Positions 47,672-57,334 of a DNA stretch of 64,000 nt are shown piece after piece (the stretch's first letter is position 1; each line of letters begins with the position of its first letter). The translations under genes were made by a program, and so were the position numbers. The notes below the pieces were generated by a model. It was not told where the DNA came from, did not search any database, and saw only the letters and a program-made list of their open reading frames with translations. Source of the DNA: a virus (lineage: Duplodnaviria; Caudoviricetes); IMG/VR virus record IMGVR_UViG_3300033069_001639, positions 3,418 to 67,417 of that record; one strand, given 5' to 3'.

Positions 47672-49368
47672 TCGACTTCGAAACCCTATTTCGACGCATC
47701 GGCAATTTCCTGCAAACAGGAGATAGCATCGGTGCTGCGCTGGGAACGGTGACACCGACCGACGTCGACGGCTCACTGCAAGGTCTCGGCGACGAACTGC
47801 CGGCCAGTTACGAAGCTGTGCGCGAAACACTTCTGCAGGCACTGGGGAGTTTGCAATCCGCCGGCGGTACCGCGGTGGCATCGCTGGTCGATGCGCCGGT
47901 GCTGCAGCTTGTTTTGCTGACGGTTTCCGATGACAACCCGATTGCATCGACGCAGGATCTGGCCATCCGCGAACTGATCCGGCAAATGGAAATCGCCGGC
48001 GAAACACTCGCGGCAAATACCGTGACCGCATCGCTGTCCTACGGCTCCTCGAACATCGGCACCGGCAAAGCAGTCGCGAGCGTCAAGCGGGCCGATGGCA
48101 AGGCCGCCCAATTCATCATTGCTGAAGACATTCTCGCGCAGGTGACTTCGCTCAACACCGACGGCACTGCGCAGTTTGATTTGCTCGCGGAACCGTCGGT
48201 TGCTCCGCAAATGCCGACCTGGCCGCAAGGATCCGGAACCGATGGATCGATCACGAGTAAACGGGCGGCTTCCGCGGACAATCTCCTCGCGAACGGTGAC
48301 TTCGAAACCGAGGACGATAACGAGGATGATCTTCCGGCGGGTTGGCTGGCTCCGGTCGCGACCCTGGGAACGACGCTGAAGCTATCGGCGATCGAAGAGC
48401 AGACCGTTGCAATCTCCGGCACGCCGACGGGTGGTTATTACACGCTGAGTTGGACGAACGCCGCTGGGGAATCGCAGACAACGGCGACGCTCGCTTTCGA
48501 TGCTTCGGCTTCCGATGTCCAAACCGCGCTGCAGGCCTTGGCAGGCCTTGAGGGAGTGACCGTCGAAGCAACGGGCACATCTCCGGACCTCACACACACG
48601 ATCACTTTCACGGGCGTGACGAATCCGGCTCAACTCACGAGCACGAGCGCCCTGACCGGCGGTACCCCCGCGATCAACCATGCCACGACGGTCGCCGGAT
48701 CGGCCAACGTGCTGCGCGGGGCCCGCTCTGTTGAGTTTGATAGCGATGGGGCGGAACTGACCACACTAATGTTTCCGGTGGCCGTGGACCCGTCGACGAG
48801 TTACGCGGTGAACGTGTTCCTGAAGGCCGATGTCGTGCCGGCCGCAGGAATCTTGTCGGTCGACCTGGTCAATGGCGTTGGCGGGTCGATCATCACCGAC
48901 GATGAATCAACGGCGAACGCTTACGACGTGAATGCCGCTTCGGCGATCACGACTGCCTGGCAGGGGTTTCCGGGTGTGTTCCGCACTCCGGCCGTGTTGC
49001 CCAGCCAGGTCTATTTCCGGATCCGCATTTCGACTGCGGTTACCGTCGGCTCGAGCATCTTCCTCGACGAAGCGTATTTCGGTCCGATCGACGAACTCTA
49101 CACCGATGGGGCACTGCTCGCGATGTTCGATGGTGAAACGGAATTCGAGATCGGCGATCGAGTCATTTTGACCCTCGAAAACAATCGGGCCGGCGACATT
49201 CACGAGTGGATGGATCGCATCTTCGCGTTGCGCGAGAACCGGTTGATCTTCCCAACGGCAGCTCCCGGCACGGAAACGATCAACGATGACTGGGCGGCCG
49301 GCGCCCTGTTGCTCGAAGACGGCGCAACGCTGCTGACGGAAGACAGTACACCAATTTTGCTCGGTTGA
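47668..49368 (+). CDS. Putative tail protein with carbohydrate-binding-like domains
   Basis: NLLANGDFE; C-terminal LLLEDGATLLTED motif. Confidence 0.6.
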   Translation: MIDFETLFRRIGNFLQTGDSIGAALGTVTPTDVDGSLQGLGDELPASYEAVRETLLQALGSLQSAGGTAVASLVDAPVLQLVLLTVSDDNPIASTQDLAIRELIRQMEIAGETLAANTVTASLSYGSSNIGTGKAVASVKRADGKAAQFIIAEDILAQVTSLNTDGTAQFDLLAEPSVAPQMPTWPQGSGTDGSITSKRAASADNLLANGDFETEDDNEDDLPAGWLAPVATLGTTLKLSAIEEQTVAISGTPTGGYYTLSWTNAAGESQTTATLAFDASASDVQTALQALAGLEGVTVEATGTSPDLTHTITFTGVTNPAQLTSTSALTGGTPAINHATTVAGSANVLRGARSVEFDSDGAELTTLMFPVAVDPSTSYAVNVFLKADVVPAAGILSVDLVNGVGGSIITDDESTANAYDVNAASAITTAWQGFPGVFRTPAVLPSQVYFRIRISTAVTVGSSIFLDEAYFGPIDELYTDGALLAMFDGETEFEIGDRVILTLENNRAGDIHEWMDRIFALRENRLIFPTAAPGTETINDDWAAGALLLEDGATLLTEDSTPILLG

Positions 49369-49385
49369 GCGAGGAGTTTTTAGCA

Positions 49386-49601
49386 ATGGCACTCACGTTT
49401 TCGCAGGAAATGGACAAGGCCCTGAACGGCATGGACACCGACGTAAAGGTGGCGGTGAAGACGGCCTTCACGGACTTCAATACCGCGATGGCGACGGAGC
49501 ACACGACGTACGGTACGCCACCTTCGGAACTCGCTGCGTTCAAGGATGAACTGATCGAGCTCGCGAAAAACCAAACTGCCCGCATGCGGCCGAAGCCCTA
49601 A
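49386..49601 (+). CDS. Small helical protein (paralog A)
   Basis: SD GAGGAG; ungapped similarity to the next gene. Confidence 0.6.
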   Translation: MALTFSQEMDKALNGMDTDVKVAVKTAFTDFNTAMATEHTTYGTPPSELAAFKDELIELAKNQTARMRPKP

Positions 49602-49612
49602 CGGAGGTTCCC

Positions 49613-49903
49613 TTGTCGTTTAGCACATTGATCAACAACGCGATTCTGCCGATGGCAGATAGCTTGCGGCCGGCCGTCGCCGACGCATTTAGCGACTTCC
49701 AGGCGGCGATCGACCTGGAAATGGTCGCGTGCGGACTGGGCGCGCCGGAGCGGTCTCGCTTCCAGGATCAACTAGCGGCCTTGGGCCGCGAACTGGCCGT
49801 CAGCATGCGGCCGGGAACCAATTCAATCGGCAGCGCGTTGCTGACCGAATCCCAGCTCGTCCTCTGCACTGAGGGCGGCGAAGCCATTGTCACAGAGAGC
49901 TAA
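49613..49903 (+). CDS. Small helical protein (paralog B)
   Basis: SD GGAGG; C-terminal LLTES..LCTEGG motif. Confidence 0.6.
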   Translation: MSFSTLINNAILPMADSLRPAVADAFSDFQAAIDLEMVACGLGAPERSRFQDQLAALGRELAVSMRPGTNSIGSALLTESQLVLCTEGGEAIVTES

Positions 49904-49909
49904 CAGACC

Positions 49910-50428
49910 ATGTCGAGCAAAATTACCGATCTCACCGCCAATACTTCCTTAGCGGGTGGCGACCTGATTCCCGTCGTGGACGATCCGGGCGGCACGCCGC
50001 TGACCCAGAAAATCACGTTCACCAATTTCATCGCGTCGATCGTAGCGTTGCTATCGGCTGCGCTGACCGCTGCCCATGCAGCCGTTGTTGCCAACGTCAA
50101 CACGTCTGGCGGGCTCCCGGTCTTATTCCGCATCACCGCGTCGGCGCTCACCGGCGACGTCGATGTGACCATGACGCACAAGGTCCGTGTGCTGGATGTG
50201 TGGTGCGTTCAAACCGCCGCTGGCGGCGCCGGTGACACGATTACCGTGAAGAACGGCGCAACTGCAATCACGGATGCGATCGACTGCAACAAATCGGACA
50301 ACGTGATCAGCCGCGCCGGCACGATCGATGACGCCCAGCATGAAATCGCTGCCGCCGGCACACTGCGGGTCTCTGGGGCCTCGGCCGTTACCTGCCAGGT
50401 CTACGTTCTCGCTATCCGGGTGGCCTAA
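49910..50428 (+). CDS. Putative tail fibre/minor virion protein
   Basis: KITDLTA...GDLIPVVD...TQKIT N-terminal motif. Confidence 0.65.
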   Translation: MSSKITDLTANTSLAGGDLIPVVDDPGGTPLTQKITFTNFIASIVALLSAALTAAHAAVVANVNTSGGLPVLFRITASALTGDVDVTMTHKVRVLDVWCVQTAAGGAGDTITVKNGATAITDAIDCNKSDNVISRAGTIDDAQHEIAAAGTLRVSGASAVTCQVYVLAIRVA

Positions 50429-50991
50429 TGTCTGCTGGCGAGACCATCGACGCAACCGATAACGATCTGCTTCTGCGGGTCAAAGATCGGCTGCGCGAGA
50501 AGATAACGAAGCTGGAACCAGACGGGCTCGTCATGATCTGCGACGAGCCGATCCCGCCGGATTCGTATTTTCCTCGAGGGGAACTCTGCGCGTCGCTTGC
50601 GGTTAGCGATGGAACCTTTGACAAGGCCAATTATGCCGGCGGCGGCGCGAACGTGCTGACCGAGAAAAAGCAGCTGATCGTGACCGTGTTTTCTCGCGTG
50701 AAGATCGATCAGCCCCCGCGGGCCGAGAACGCGTTATTGGATACTCAGCGCGGCATGCTGGCTGCTTACAAGCCGCAAGTTCTCTCGGCAATGCTGGTCG
50801 ATGATCCCGCGGCGGAGATTGTCGAGCCGTGGGAGCCACTGAAGGACGGCAAGTCAATCCTGCGACAGTCACTTTGCCCCGATCGCTGCCGCGGCCCGAT
50901 TCAGGTGGCAGGCAATCCGGACTGGCTCGGCATGTCGCTCTACTTCGACGTCGAATTCGACTGGAACCTTCGCACGCCGATCACGGAGTAA
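50428..50991 (+). CDS. Putative tail completion protein
   Basis: Position; C-terminal FDVEFDW. Confidence 0.5.
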   Translation: MSAGETIDATDNDLLLRVKDRLREKITKLEPDGLVMICDEPIPPDSYFPRGELCASLAVSDGTFDKANYAGGGANVLTEKKQLIVTVFSRVKIDQPPRAENALLDTQRGMLAAYKPQVLSAMLVDDPAAEIVEPWEPLKDGKSILRQSLCPDRCRGPIQVAGNPDWLGMSLYFDVEFDWNLRTPITE

Positions 50992-50994
50992 CGC

Positions 50995-53100
50995 ATGCTC
51001 CTTTACGGCGGCGTCGAATTGTTGTTTCCCGATCAGGATGGTGAGCTCGCGAAATGGCTGCGCGAGCACCAGAACCTTGAAGACATGGTCGACTTCGGCG
51101 AACCGCGGCTTGCGGAGATCTCACCACGTCGCGGCCTGCAGTCGTGGTACGGCGTCCGCAAAGGTATCGGGCAAACCGTCGCGAACTATCCAAAGGCGCC
51201 GAAGCCGCGGCTGAACACGCTGTACTGGCCAACGGGGGCGACGCGCTGGGCCCGCGGCTTCTTTCTGGCGACGGGTGCTTCTAAAGAGAAGATCGTCGCG
51301 CAGGCCCACGCCGCCGGAAACGTCCCGCTCAAGTTGACGATGGGCGAGGATGGCATGTATGTGCAGACCAATATGTACCTGCTCCCGCCGCGGGTGGTCG
51401 CGCGACAAGCAAACGCGGCCGAGGCTCTTTGGATCCTGCCGTTGGTCGACGTCCGCTATTGGTGGCAGAACCGATCGACGGATGACCTCGAAGTAACCAC
51501 GTCGACGACTTGGGCAAGTCTCTTCAGCACACTGGCGACGAAGCTGGGGACGAGCGTTTCGATGACGGCTCCCATTGCGGCTTACCTGCAGCCGGATCCG
51601 ATCGAGTTCACGCGTCGATATGAAAACGCGGCCGCAATGCTCGATGCCGCGGCCCTGTCCGTTGGGAAGCGGATCGTGCGCCACCTGGACGGGACCGTGC
51701 GGGCGCTGTCCGCGGAAGAGTCAGCGATCATTCACGATCGGACCAACTTCCGCGGGACCTGGCAGCAGATCTGCGGCGGCGGTGATTCACTGCCAAAAGG
51801 TTCATTGCCAGCAACGGTGGTCACCAGCTTCCGGAAGTGGCGGGACTATGCGTTGCTGGCTCGCGGCCGAGTTTACACCGAGAGTCAAAATGCTCCTGTA
51901 GGTACTATCGTCGCGGCCGGCACGAAGCGGACGATTCACTCGACTGCTTTCGCGAATTGCACCGACAGCGACAGTTCGCCTTCGAATACGTCGGAGCTAA
52001 ACGCGCTGGCCGTTGTGATCGGCAACGATGCCTTCGCCTGGATGAGCAGGACGCACGATTACACCTTCGCCGGCGTGAAGCCGTGGTATCCGTCTGGTTT
52101 TGACGATGCCGTTGAATTTGCTTTCGGCTATCAGGGGCCCAGCGGCAAATGTCAGGCGCAGACACGCGTTCAGTCGCTGCCCCATGACTTCGGTTTCGAC
52201 CTGCAGCTGTCGCAGTTTGCCGACATGGGGGCCCCGCTCTCCGAAGATGAGGAAACCGATCGTCCCGCTGGCCTGTTCGAACCGGTGATGCGCGGAAAGC
52301 CAGTAGAGGCCATCGCCGCCGGCGAGCGGGGCATCGTCAAGATTTGGACCGGGCGAGCAGACAGCAAGACAGAGTCTGATTTCGAGGTCTACGCTTATTC
52401 GGAAAATGGTGCGGAACAGGACAAGTTCTATACGGTTCGCTGGATTGAGGATGACTGGGAAATTGATGAAGTCGGCAGCACCGGAATCGTTCAATTCACC
52501 ACCACGGAGTACATGGCGGAAAGTATTCCAGGCGCTGCAGAAGGAACACTGAGTTGGGAGCACGGCGTAGGCGTGCCAAGCGGCGACACTGTTCTGCTCT
52601 ATCACGTCAACAGCCAATTCCCTGACGTGCATTCCGGCGCGAAGGGAACGGCGATTTACGACGTTGATCTGAGCTCCGAAGAGCAAAGGGCATTTCGCAT
52701 CATCAGCAGTCAGCGGGTCGCGAAGTTCGCCGAGGCAACGATCTCTGAGAGCCTTTGCCCTGACGCCGATCCGGCGCCGACGACGGTCGCAATCAGCGGA
52801 TTCGCTGTGCTGCCATGCGGAGACGAAGTTGGCGCGCCGCCGACAACTCCGACCGTCGCCAACATTGGCACGATCCACGCGGGAACGAACGGCGACAAGG
52901 TCAAGCTGCGGCGCGTCAACAACACAATGCCGAATCCGACTTGGGAAATCATCGCGATCGACAAGCACCTAGTTGAAAACGTCGTCGATGTTACATGGGA
53001 CGGCACTAGCAAAATCCGGCAAGGCAAGGTTAAGCAGTACGTGGAATTGTGCGACCCGACCGAGACGACGACCGACGTCGTGGAATTTGAGGAGTGCTGA
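50995..53100 (+). CDS. Putative tail hub/tip protein
   Basis: 701-aa ORF in the tail operon. Confidence 0.55.
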   Translation: MLLYGGVELLFPDQDGELAKWLREHQNLEDMVDFGEPRLAEISPRRGLQSWYGVRKGIGQTVANYPKAPKPRLNTLYWPTGATRWARGFFLATGASKEKIVAQAHAAGNVPLKLTMGEDGMYVQTNMYLLPPRVVARQANAAEALWILPLVDVRYWWQNRSTDDLEVTTSTTWASLFSTLATKLGTSVSMTAPIAAYLQPDPIEFTRRYENAAAMLDAAALSVGKRIVRHLDGTVRALSAEESAIIHDRTNFRGTWQQICGGGDSLPKGSLPATVVTSFRKWRDYALLARGRVYTESQNAPVGTIVAAGTKRTIHSTAFANCTDSDSSPSNTSELNALAVVIGNDAFAWMSRTHDYTFAGVKPWYPSGFDDAVEFAFGYQGPSGKCQAQTRVQSLPHDFGFDLQLSQFADMGAPLSEDEETDRPAGLFEPVMRGKPVEAIAAGERGIVKIWTGRADSKTESDFEVYAYSENGAEQDKFYTVRWIEDDWEIDEVGSTGIVQFTTTEYMAESIPGAAEGTLSWEHGVGVPSGDTVLLYHVNSQFPDVHSGAKGTAIYDVDLSSEEQRAFRIISSQRVAKFAEATISESLCPDADPAPTTVAISGFAVLPCGDEVGAPPTTPTVANIGTIHAGTNGDKVKLRRVNNTMPNPTWEIIAIDKHLVENVVDVTWDGTSKIRQGKVKQYVELCDPTETTTDVVEFEEC

Positions 53101-53618
53101 TGGCCAACCCGAAAATGCTGGCCGGAGTTCCGTTGATGTGCGGCGGCGTACCTGCGCTTAGTTGCTGCCATTGCTGCTCAGGCTACCTCGAAAAAACGCT
53201 GTATCTGACGATCACAGATTTGATAATGGACCCCGGCAGTACATGTTTCGACGCGCTCTGCGATGCGCCTCTGGAACTGTCGGCATTCCCCAGCGACAAC
53301 AGCAGTGGCACCGCGATCTGGAACGTGACTTCCGGCGCAAGCAGGTTCCGCGGGGCGCTCGGCCTAGCATGTTCAGAATCACCAGGACCGGGGCTGCCAT
53401 CAAATGTGTTCTACCTGACACAGACGATTCTCGGCGTCCCGCAGATCAAAGATGGCGTAACCACACGCTGCACGTTCAGCGTTGACTCAACACCTAACTT
53501 TGGGGCCGGTGTTTGCGACCCGTTTTACCTCGACGCCCGGTTAAACCTGCAGTTCGCGAACTCATTGATTGACCCGGTTTGCGCCACTGGCTCAGCTCGA
53601 TTCATCATCACGGAGTAG
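53100..53618 (+). CDS. Cys-rich putative tail-tip protein
   Basis: CGG...CCHCC; many scattered Cys. Confidence 0.55.
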   Translation: MANPKMLAGVPLMCGGVPALSCCHCCSGYLEKTLYLTITDLIMDPGSTCFDALCDAPLELSAFPSDNSSGTAIWNVTSGASRFRGALGLACSESPGPGLPSNVFYLTQTILGVPQIKDGVTTRCTFSVDSTPNFGAGVCDPFYLDARLNLQFANSLIDPVCATGSARFIITE

Positions 53619-53620
53619 CC

Positions 53621-54085
53621 ATGAATCGCCCTTGTGGTTGCGATAGTTGCGTGATTGGCGAGCCGCTGCATCCGCAGAGGGATTGCCGGCTGTGCTGGCT
53701 CTATCACAACCACCCGGGCTATCGGCGACTATGGACGCAGGCGCGTGGCACAATGCGAGAGGCGGAGCGCGGACCTGGCACTCAACTGAAACTGCTGCTG
53801 CAGGAATTGGGTGTCACGAGTTTCGCTGGCTGTGGCTGCGACGACAAGGTTTCGCAGATGAACCGCTGGGGTGTCGAGGGTTGCCGCGAAAACTTCGACA
53901 CGATCCGCGGTTGGATTGCCGACGCCCAGGCCAAGGCCAGTTGGTCAACGAAGATCGCCGCGACAATTGCCGCGGCATCGACCGGCATCGCTCGCGAGAT
54001 CAACCCGGTCGACATCGCAGGGAGTTTGGTTCGCATTGCGATCGAGCGCACTGAGTTGCTTCTCGTCACGGTCGGCGCGCGATAG
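53621..54085 (+). CDS. Cys-rich hypothetical phage protein
   Basis: CGCDSC...CRLC; GPGTQLK..L...CGC...MNRWG..GC. Confidence 0.6.
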   Translation: MNRPCGCDSCVIGEPLHPQRDCRLCWLYHNHPGYRRLWTQARGTMREAERGPGTQLKLLLQELGVTSFAGCGCDDKVSQMNRWGVEGCRENFDTIRGWIADAQAKASWSTKIAATIAAASTGIAREINPVDIAGSLVRIAIERTELLLVTVGAR

Positions 54086-54109
54086 AGTCGAGGGATTACC
54101 ATCGCCAAG

Positions 54110-54143
54110 GCAAAGCCCAGAGTTAGCAGCTCTGGGTTTTTGC
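54110..54143. terminator. Bidirectional terminator between the tail operon and integrase
   Basis: GCAAAGCCCAGAG/CTCTGGGTTTTTGC. Confidence 0.7.
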
Positions 54144-54245
54144 ATTATATAGCCTTTTCGGGTGGCGTCCAATCTGCCCAATCTTCTCGAAGTGCTGCAG
54201 CATTTCACCCTTTCACTCAGGCGGTGAATCGGTCGCCCTCTTGGT

Positions 54246-55808
54246 TCACTCCTCGAAGTCTTTCCGCCGAAGAGTGGCCTTTTTGCGACTACTGACCGTG
54301 GGATTACCTTCCAGGTGGTGATTCAACGGTCCGTAGTTAAAAAAAAAGACTGTGCCCCCGACCGGGAACCATTTCCGCCGGTCGACCTTGCTCTGCTCAA
54401 ACGCGAGCTCGACACGGTCGATGACCTGCGCCAGCGCGGCGCGAACGGTCAGCAAATCGCCGTGCTGCAGAACATGGTCGAGTTCCCAGATCTGTGCCGC
54501 AATCGCCTCTGGCGATCGTCCACTACGTTCAACCTTGGCAGCTTTTACCTGCTCGGCAATCGCTTCTCGCTTCTCCTTCAGCTTTCGCATGGCCTCTTGA
54601 ACGGCTGGAACTAGATCAGGCTCGACATCGAGAAGCCGCTCTGCAGCTGAAGCGATTTTGCGATCGATTTCGGCCAGTTGCTTGGCGACGTCGGCTTGAA
54701 CCGTTTTCCGCCGGCCGGGCCCGCGCAAATGGGCGATGTGTTCGGCGAGCGCCTTTCGCGAGCCCATCAGGATCAGATCGCGGATCTTGTTGACGACGAG
54801 CTTCATCGCCAGCTTGTTCAGAATCGAATTATTGGTGCACCCCTGGCCGGTGTAGTTGGTTTGGCAGATGTAGCGGTCATAGCGCTTCTCATAGAGCATC
54901 TTCGCACCGCACTTCTTACAGACCAGCAGACTCGACAGCGGGCCGCCTGGCTTCTTGCCGCTGCGGCTGGAGTGATTGTTCGTGCGGCGCCGGTTCACTC
55001 GCTGCACGCGTTCCCAGAGGGCTTCGTCGATGATGGCCGGATGCGTCCCCGCGTTTGTAAATTCCTTGTCTGTGATCCTGCAGAACTTGGCGCGCGAATA
55101 CCGGCCGATGACCTGATTGCCGCGATAGGATTCGTTCTCCAGCATCTTGCGGACCTGCCGCGCATACCAACAACAGCCGCGCGGCGATGGAATGTTCTCG
55201 GCATTTAACACCGCGGCAATCGACGGCATGCCCATCCCTTCGGCGCGCATTTCGAAGATCCGCCGAACCGTTGCAACTTCGGTCGCATCGCCTAGCACAA
55301 GAGTTCCACTCTGCTTTTTGTAGCCATAGGGCGAGATCGTCAGCCACTTTCGCGCGACCACCGCGGCACGACGGCCGCGGACTGAATCATGCGCGAGCGA
55401 TTTGACGTATTCCGCTTTGCCGTGCTGATTAACCGAAGCTGTGAGCCAACCGCCGAGCGAGTTCCAATCGATCGGGCCTTCCTTGACTGTTTCGAGTGTT
55501 ACACCAGCGACGCGGAGCCGATGCCAATAGTAGTTGGCTTCCATCGGGTCGAACCGCGAGAAGCGGGACTGGTCCCAGCACAGCACAGCTTTGAACAGTT
55601 CCTTCTCGGCATCAGTGATGAGATTTTGGAATTCAAGGCGCTGCTTGCTCTTCCAGCCACTGATCCCCTCATCGATGTACCATTTCACGATGCGGTAGCC
55701 GCGCTTCGCAGCATAGGCGGCTACCTCGGTTCGCTGCTCCTCGATCGATTTGTCCTGCTTGTCCGAAGACATCCGCAGATAAGCGGCAACGGGAATCGTC
55801 GCTTTCAT
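54246..55808 (-). CDS. int: Large serine recombinase (integrase)
   Basis: AYLRMSSDKQ..SI..Q, YIDEGISG, DQSRFSR, PYGY, LVCKKCG zinc ribbon, coiled coil. Confidence 0.95.
   Translation of the reverse strand: MKATIPVAAYLRMSSDKQDKSIEEQRTEVAAYAAKRGYRIVKWYIDEGISGWKSKQRLEFQNLITDAEKELFKAVLCWDQSRFSRFDPMEANYYWHRLRVAGVTLETVKEGPIDWNSLGGWLTASVNQHGKAEYVKSLAHDSVRGRRAAVVARKWLTISPYGYKKQSGTLVLGDATEVATVRRIFEMRAEGMGMPSIAAVLNAENIPSPRGCCWYARQVRKMLENESYRGNQVIGRYSRAKFCRITDKEFTNAGTHPAIIDEALWERVQRVNRRRTNNHSSRSGKKPGGPLSSLLVCKKCGAKMLYEKRYDRYICQTNYTGQGCTNNSILNKLAMKLVVNKIRDLILMGSRKALAEHIAHLRGPGRRKTVQADVAKQLAEIDRKIASAAERLLDVEPDLVPAVQEAMRKLKEKREAIAEQVKAAKVERSGRSPEAIAAQIWELDHVLQHGDLLTVRAALAQVIDRVELAFEQSKVDRRKWFPVGGTVFFFNYGPLNHHLEGNPTVSSRKKATLRRKDFEE
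54288..54337. other. Candidate attP site
   Basis: 50-bp imperfect inverted repeat: ACTACTGACCGT...ACGGTCCGTAGT (11/12), inner arms 6/9, central dinucleotide CA at 54312-54313. Confidence 0.6.
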
Positions 55809-56245
55809 GCTGCCTCCCCGCGGTAGATGCCGAGCTTCAGATTGAGCTTCGGCCGCCTGGCCAGCCATTCGAGACGCTTCTTCACGTCGTCGAACATCTT
55901 GCTGCGCGCTTTCCGCGTTGGCTGATATTCCTTGCCGATCCAGTCGACCAGCGATTCGCCGGGGGCAAACAGCCCCATGCGCAAAGTCGGCAGGTAATAG
56001 TTCGGCGTCGCCTCAAGATAGAACTTGCGAGGTTCGTCAACGAAGAGATCGATGCCGTAGATCAAAATCGAGCCACGACGAAGCAGCGGCCGCTCGAGGA
56101 AATCCTTGGGATCGATCGGCGCTTGCGAGTAGTCGCGAACTTCCGTGACTTGAAATGACCGGCGGACCCATTCCAGCGGGATGCCCATCTTGTTGCAGAC
56201 CGGATACCAATCCGAAAACACTTCTCCAACCACAGGACGCTTCAT
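55805..56245 (-). CDS. Hypothetical protein with WYL-like segment, coupled to integrase
   Basis: RPLLRRGSILIYGIDL..DEPRKFYL; ATGA overlap with int. Confidence 0.55.
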   Translation of the reverse strand: MKRPVVGEVFSDWYPVCNKMGIPLEWVRRSFQVTEVRDYSQAPIDPKDFLERPLLRRGSILIYGIDLFVDEPRKFYLEATPNYYLPTLRMGLFAPGESLVDWIGKEYQPTRKARSKMFDDVKKRLEWLARRPKLNLKLGIYRGEAA

Positions 56246-56427
56246 TGCAGACCTCGTCAGTGAGGTTGCCGGCCGAATGACGCCTCGGCTTTGCGGGTGC
56301 CACAGCTTTTGCTGCTTAGGTAACTTGCGTACAGTGTACGGAACTGCACAGAGAAGAAAAGCGCTTTTGCTAGCATTGGCGAAAATGCGTCTTTTCGTGG
56401 TGATTTGTGGGGAAAACCTGTCGATGG

Positions 56428-56991
56428 TTATTGTCGACTGATGTACGCCGCATAAATCGCCGAAGCGACACCAGCAATCACAGCGATGATCGAAACGATG
56501 AGCGATGCAAAGGCGACGCGAAATGAGCGGCGTTCGGCAGCAATTGCGAATTCCCGATCCTCTTTGCGGTGTTTTTCTGCATGCGATTTTGCCTCCGCAG
56601 CTGCCCTTTCCGCCTCAGCTTTGGCTTCGGCCTTCGCCGCTGCTGCCTCGGCGCGAGCAGTTGCCTGCGCTTCGGCAGCCGCCAACTGAACTCGCTCGAC
56701 AATCGACATCTCTTCGTGCTCTTGGGGCGATTTGCCTGGGTGGTATCGACGGAAGGTTCCGCAATCCACTTCGCATTTTAGCGCCTCGGACTTTTCAGCT
56801 GAAGATCCATCTTTTGGGATCTTCGGAAAAACAGGGCTGTTGCCGTAGCAAAGAAACTTGCACATCGGCGATGAACCGTTTGAGCATTGCTGGCGCCCCA
56901 TCTCTCGAGCGGAGCGAGTTGCTTCAACAACGAGATCAACCCGGTATTCGTCGCGCACGGCAAGCAGGCCGCAGTCGAAACAGCGGGGCAT
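56428..56991 (-). CDS. Cys-motif, coiled-coil, C-terminal TM protein
   Basis: CFDC...; Ala/Glu coiled coil; hydrophobic C-terminus. Confidence 0.6.
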   Translation of the reverse strand: MPRCFDCGLLAVRDEYRVDLVVEATRSAREMGRQQCSNGSSPMCKFLCYGNSPVFPKIPKDGSSAEKSEALKCEVDCGTFRRYHPGKSPQEHEEMSIVERVQLAAAEAQATARAEAAAAKAEAKAEAERAAAEAKSHAEKHRKEDREFAIAAERRSFRVAFASLIVSIIAVIAGVASAIYAAYISRQ

Positions 56992-56993
56992 GG

Positions 56994-57332
56994 CTACTTT
57001 CGCTTGTAGATGCTGTAAGCGGACTCAACTTTTCCATCGTCGCCGAAAGCGTACAGCTGCCGCGCTCCACCATTTAAGGTTGCAACAACGCACCGGTTAT
57101 TTGGGGATGTCCAGTTTGTGGCAAAGCCAGCGCGGGGATCATCGAAGAGATTTACTGCATATTCGCTGCATTTTCCGGATTCAATAATTTTGACTTGCGG
57201 AGGATCAACGCCATCGCCCGTGCCTTCGCGTATGTACGCCTTAATCGCTTTGGCGTCTGGCGACTCTGGCACGATTGACGTGCCGCAGCCGCTGCAAACG
57301 AGCAGCATCGCGAATGTTAGGAAACGCACCAT
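56994..57332 (-). CDS. Lipoprotein
   Basis: Lipobox-like VCSGC after a hydrophobic leader. Confidence 0.65.
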   Translation of the reverse strand: MVRFLTFAMLLVCSGCGTSIVPESPDAKAIKAYIREGTGDGVDPPQVKIIESGKCSEYAVNLFDDPRAGFATNWTSPNNRCVVATLNGGARQLYAFGDDGKVESAYSIYKRK

Positions 57333-57334
57333 CG

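Noticed and set aside
54092-54100. GGGATTACC repeated at 54300 as a second att or TSD
   Set aside because: Only 9 bp with no flanking dyad; chance is likely
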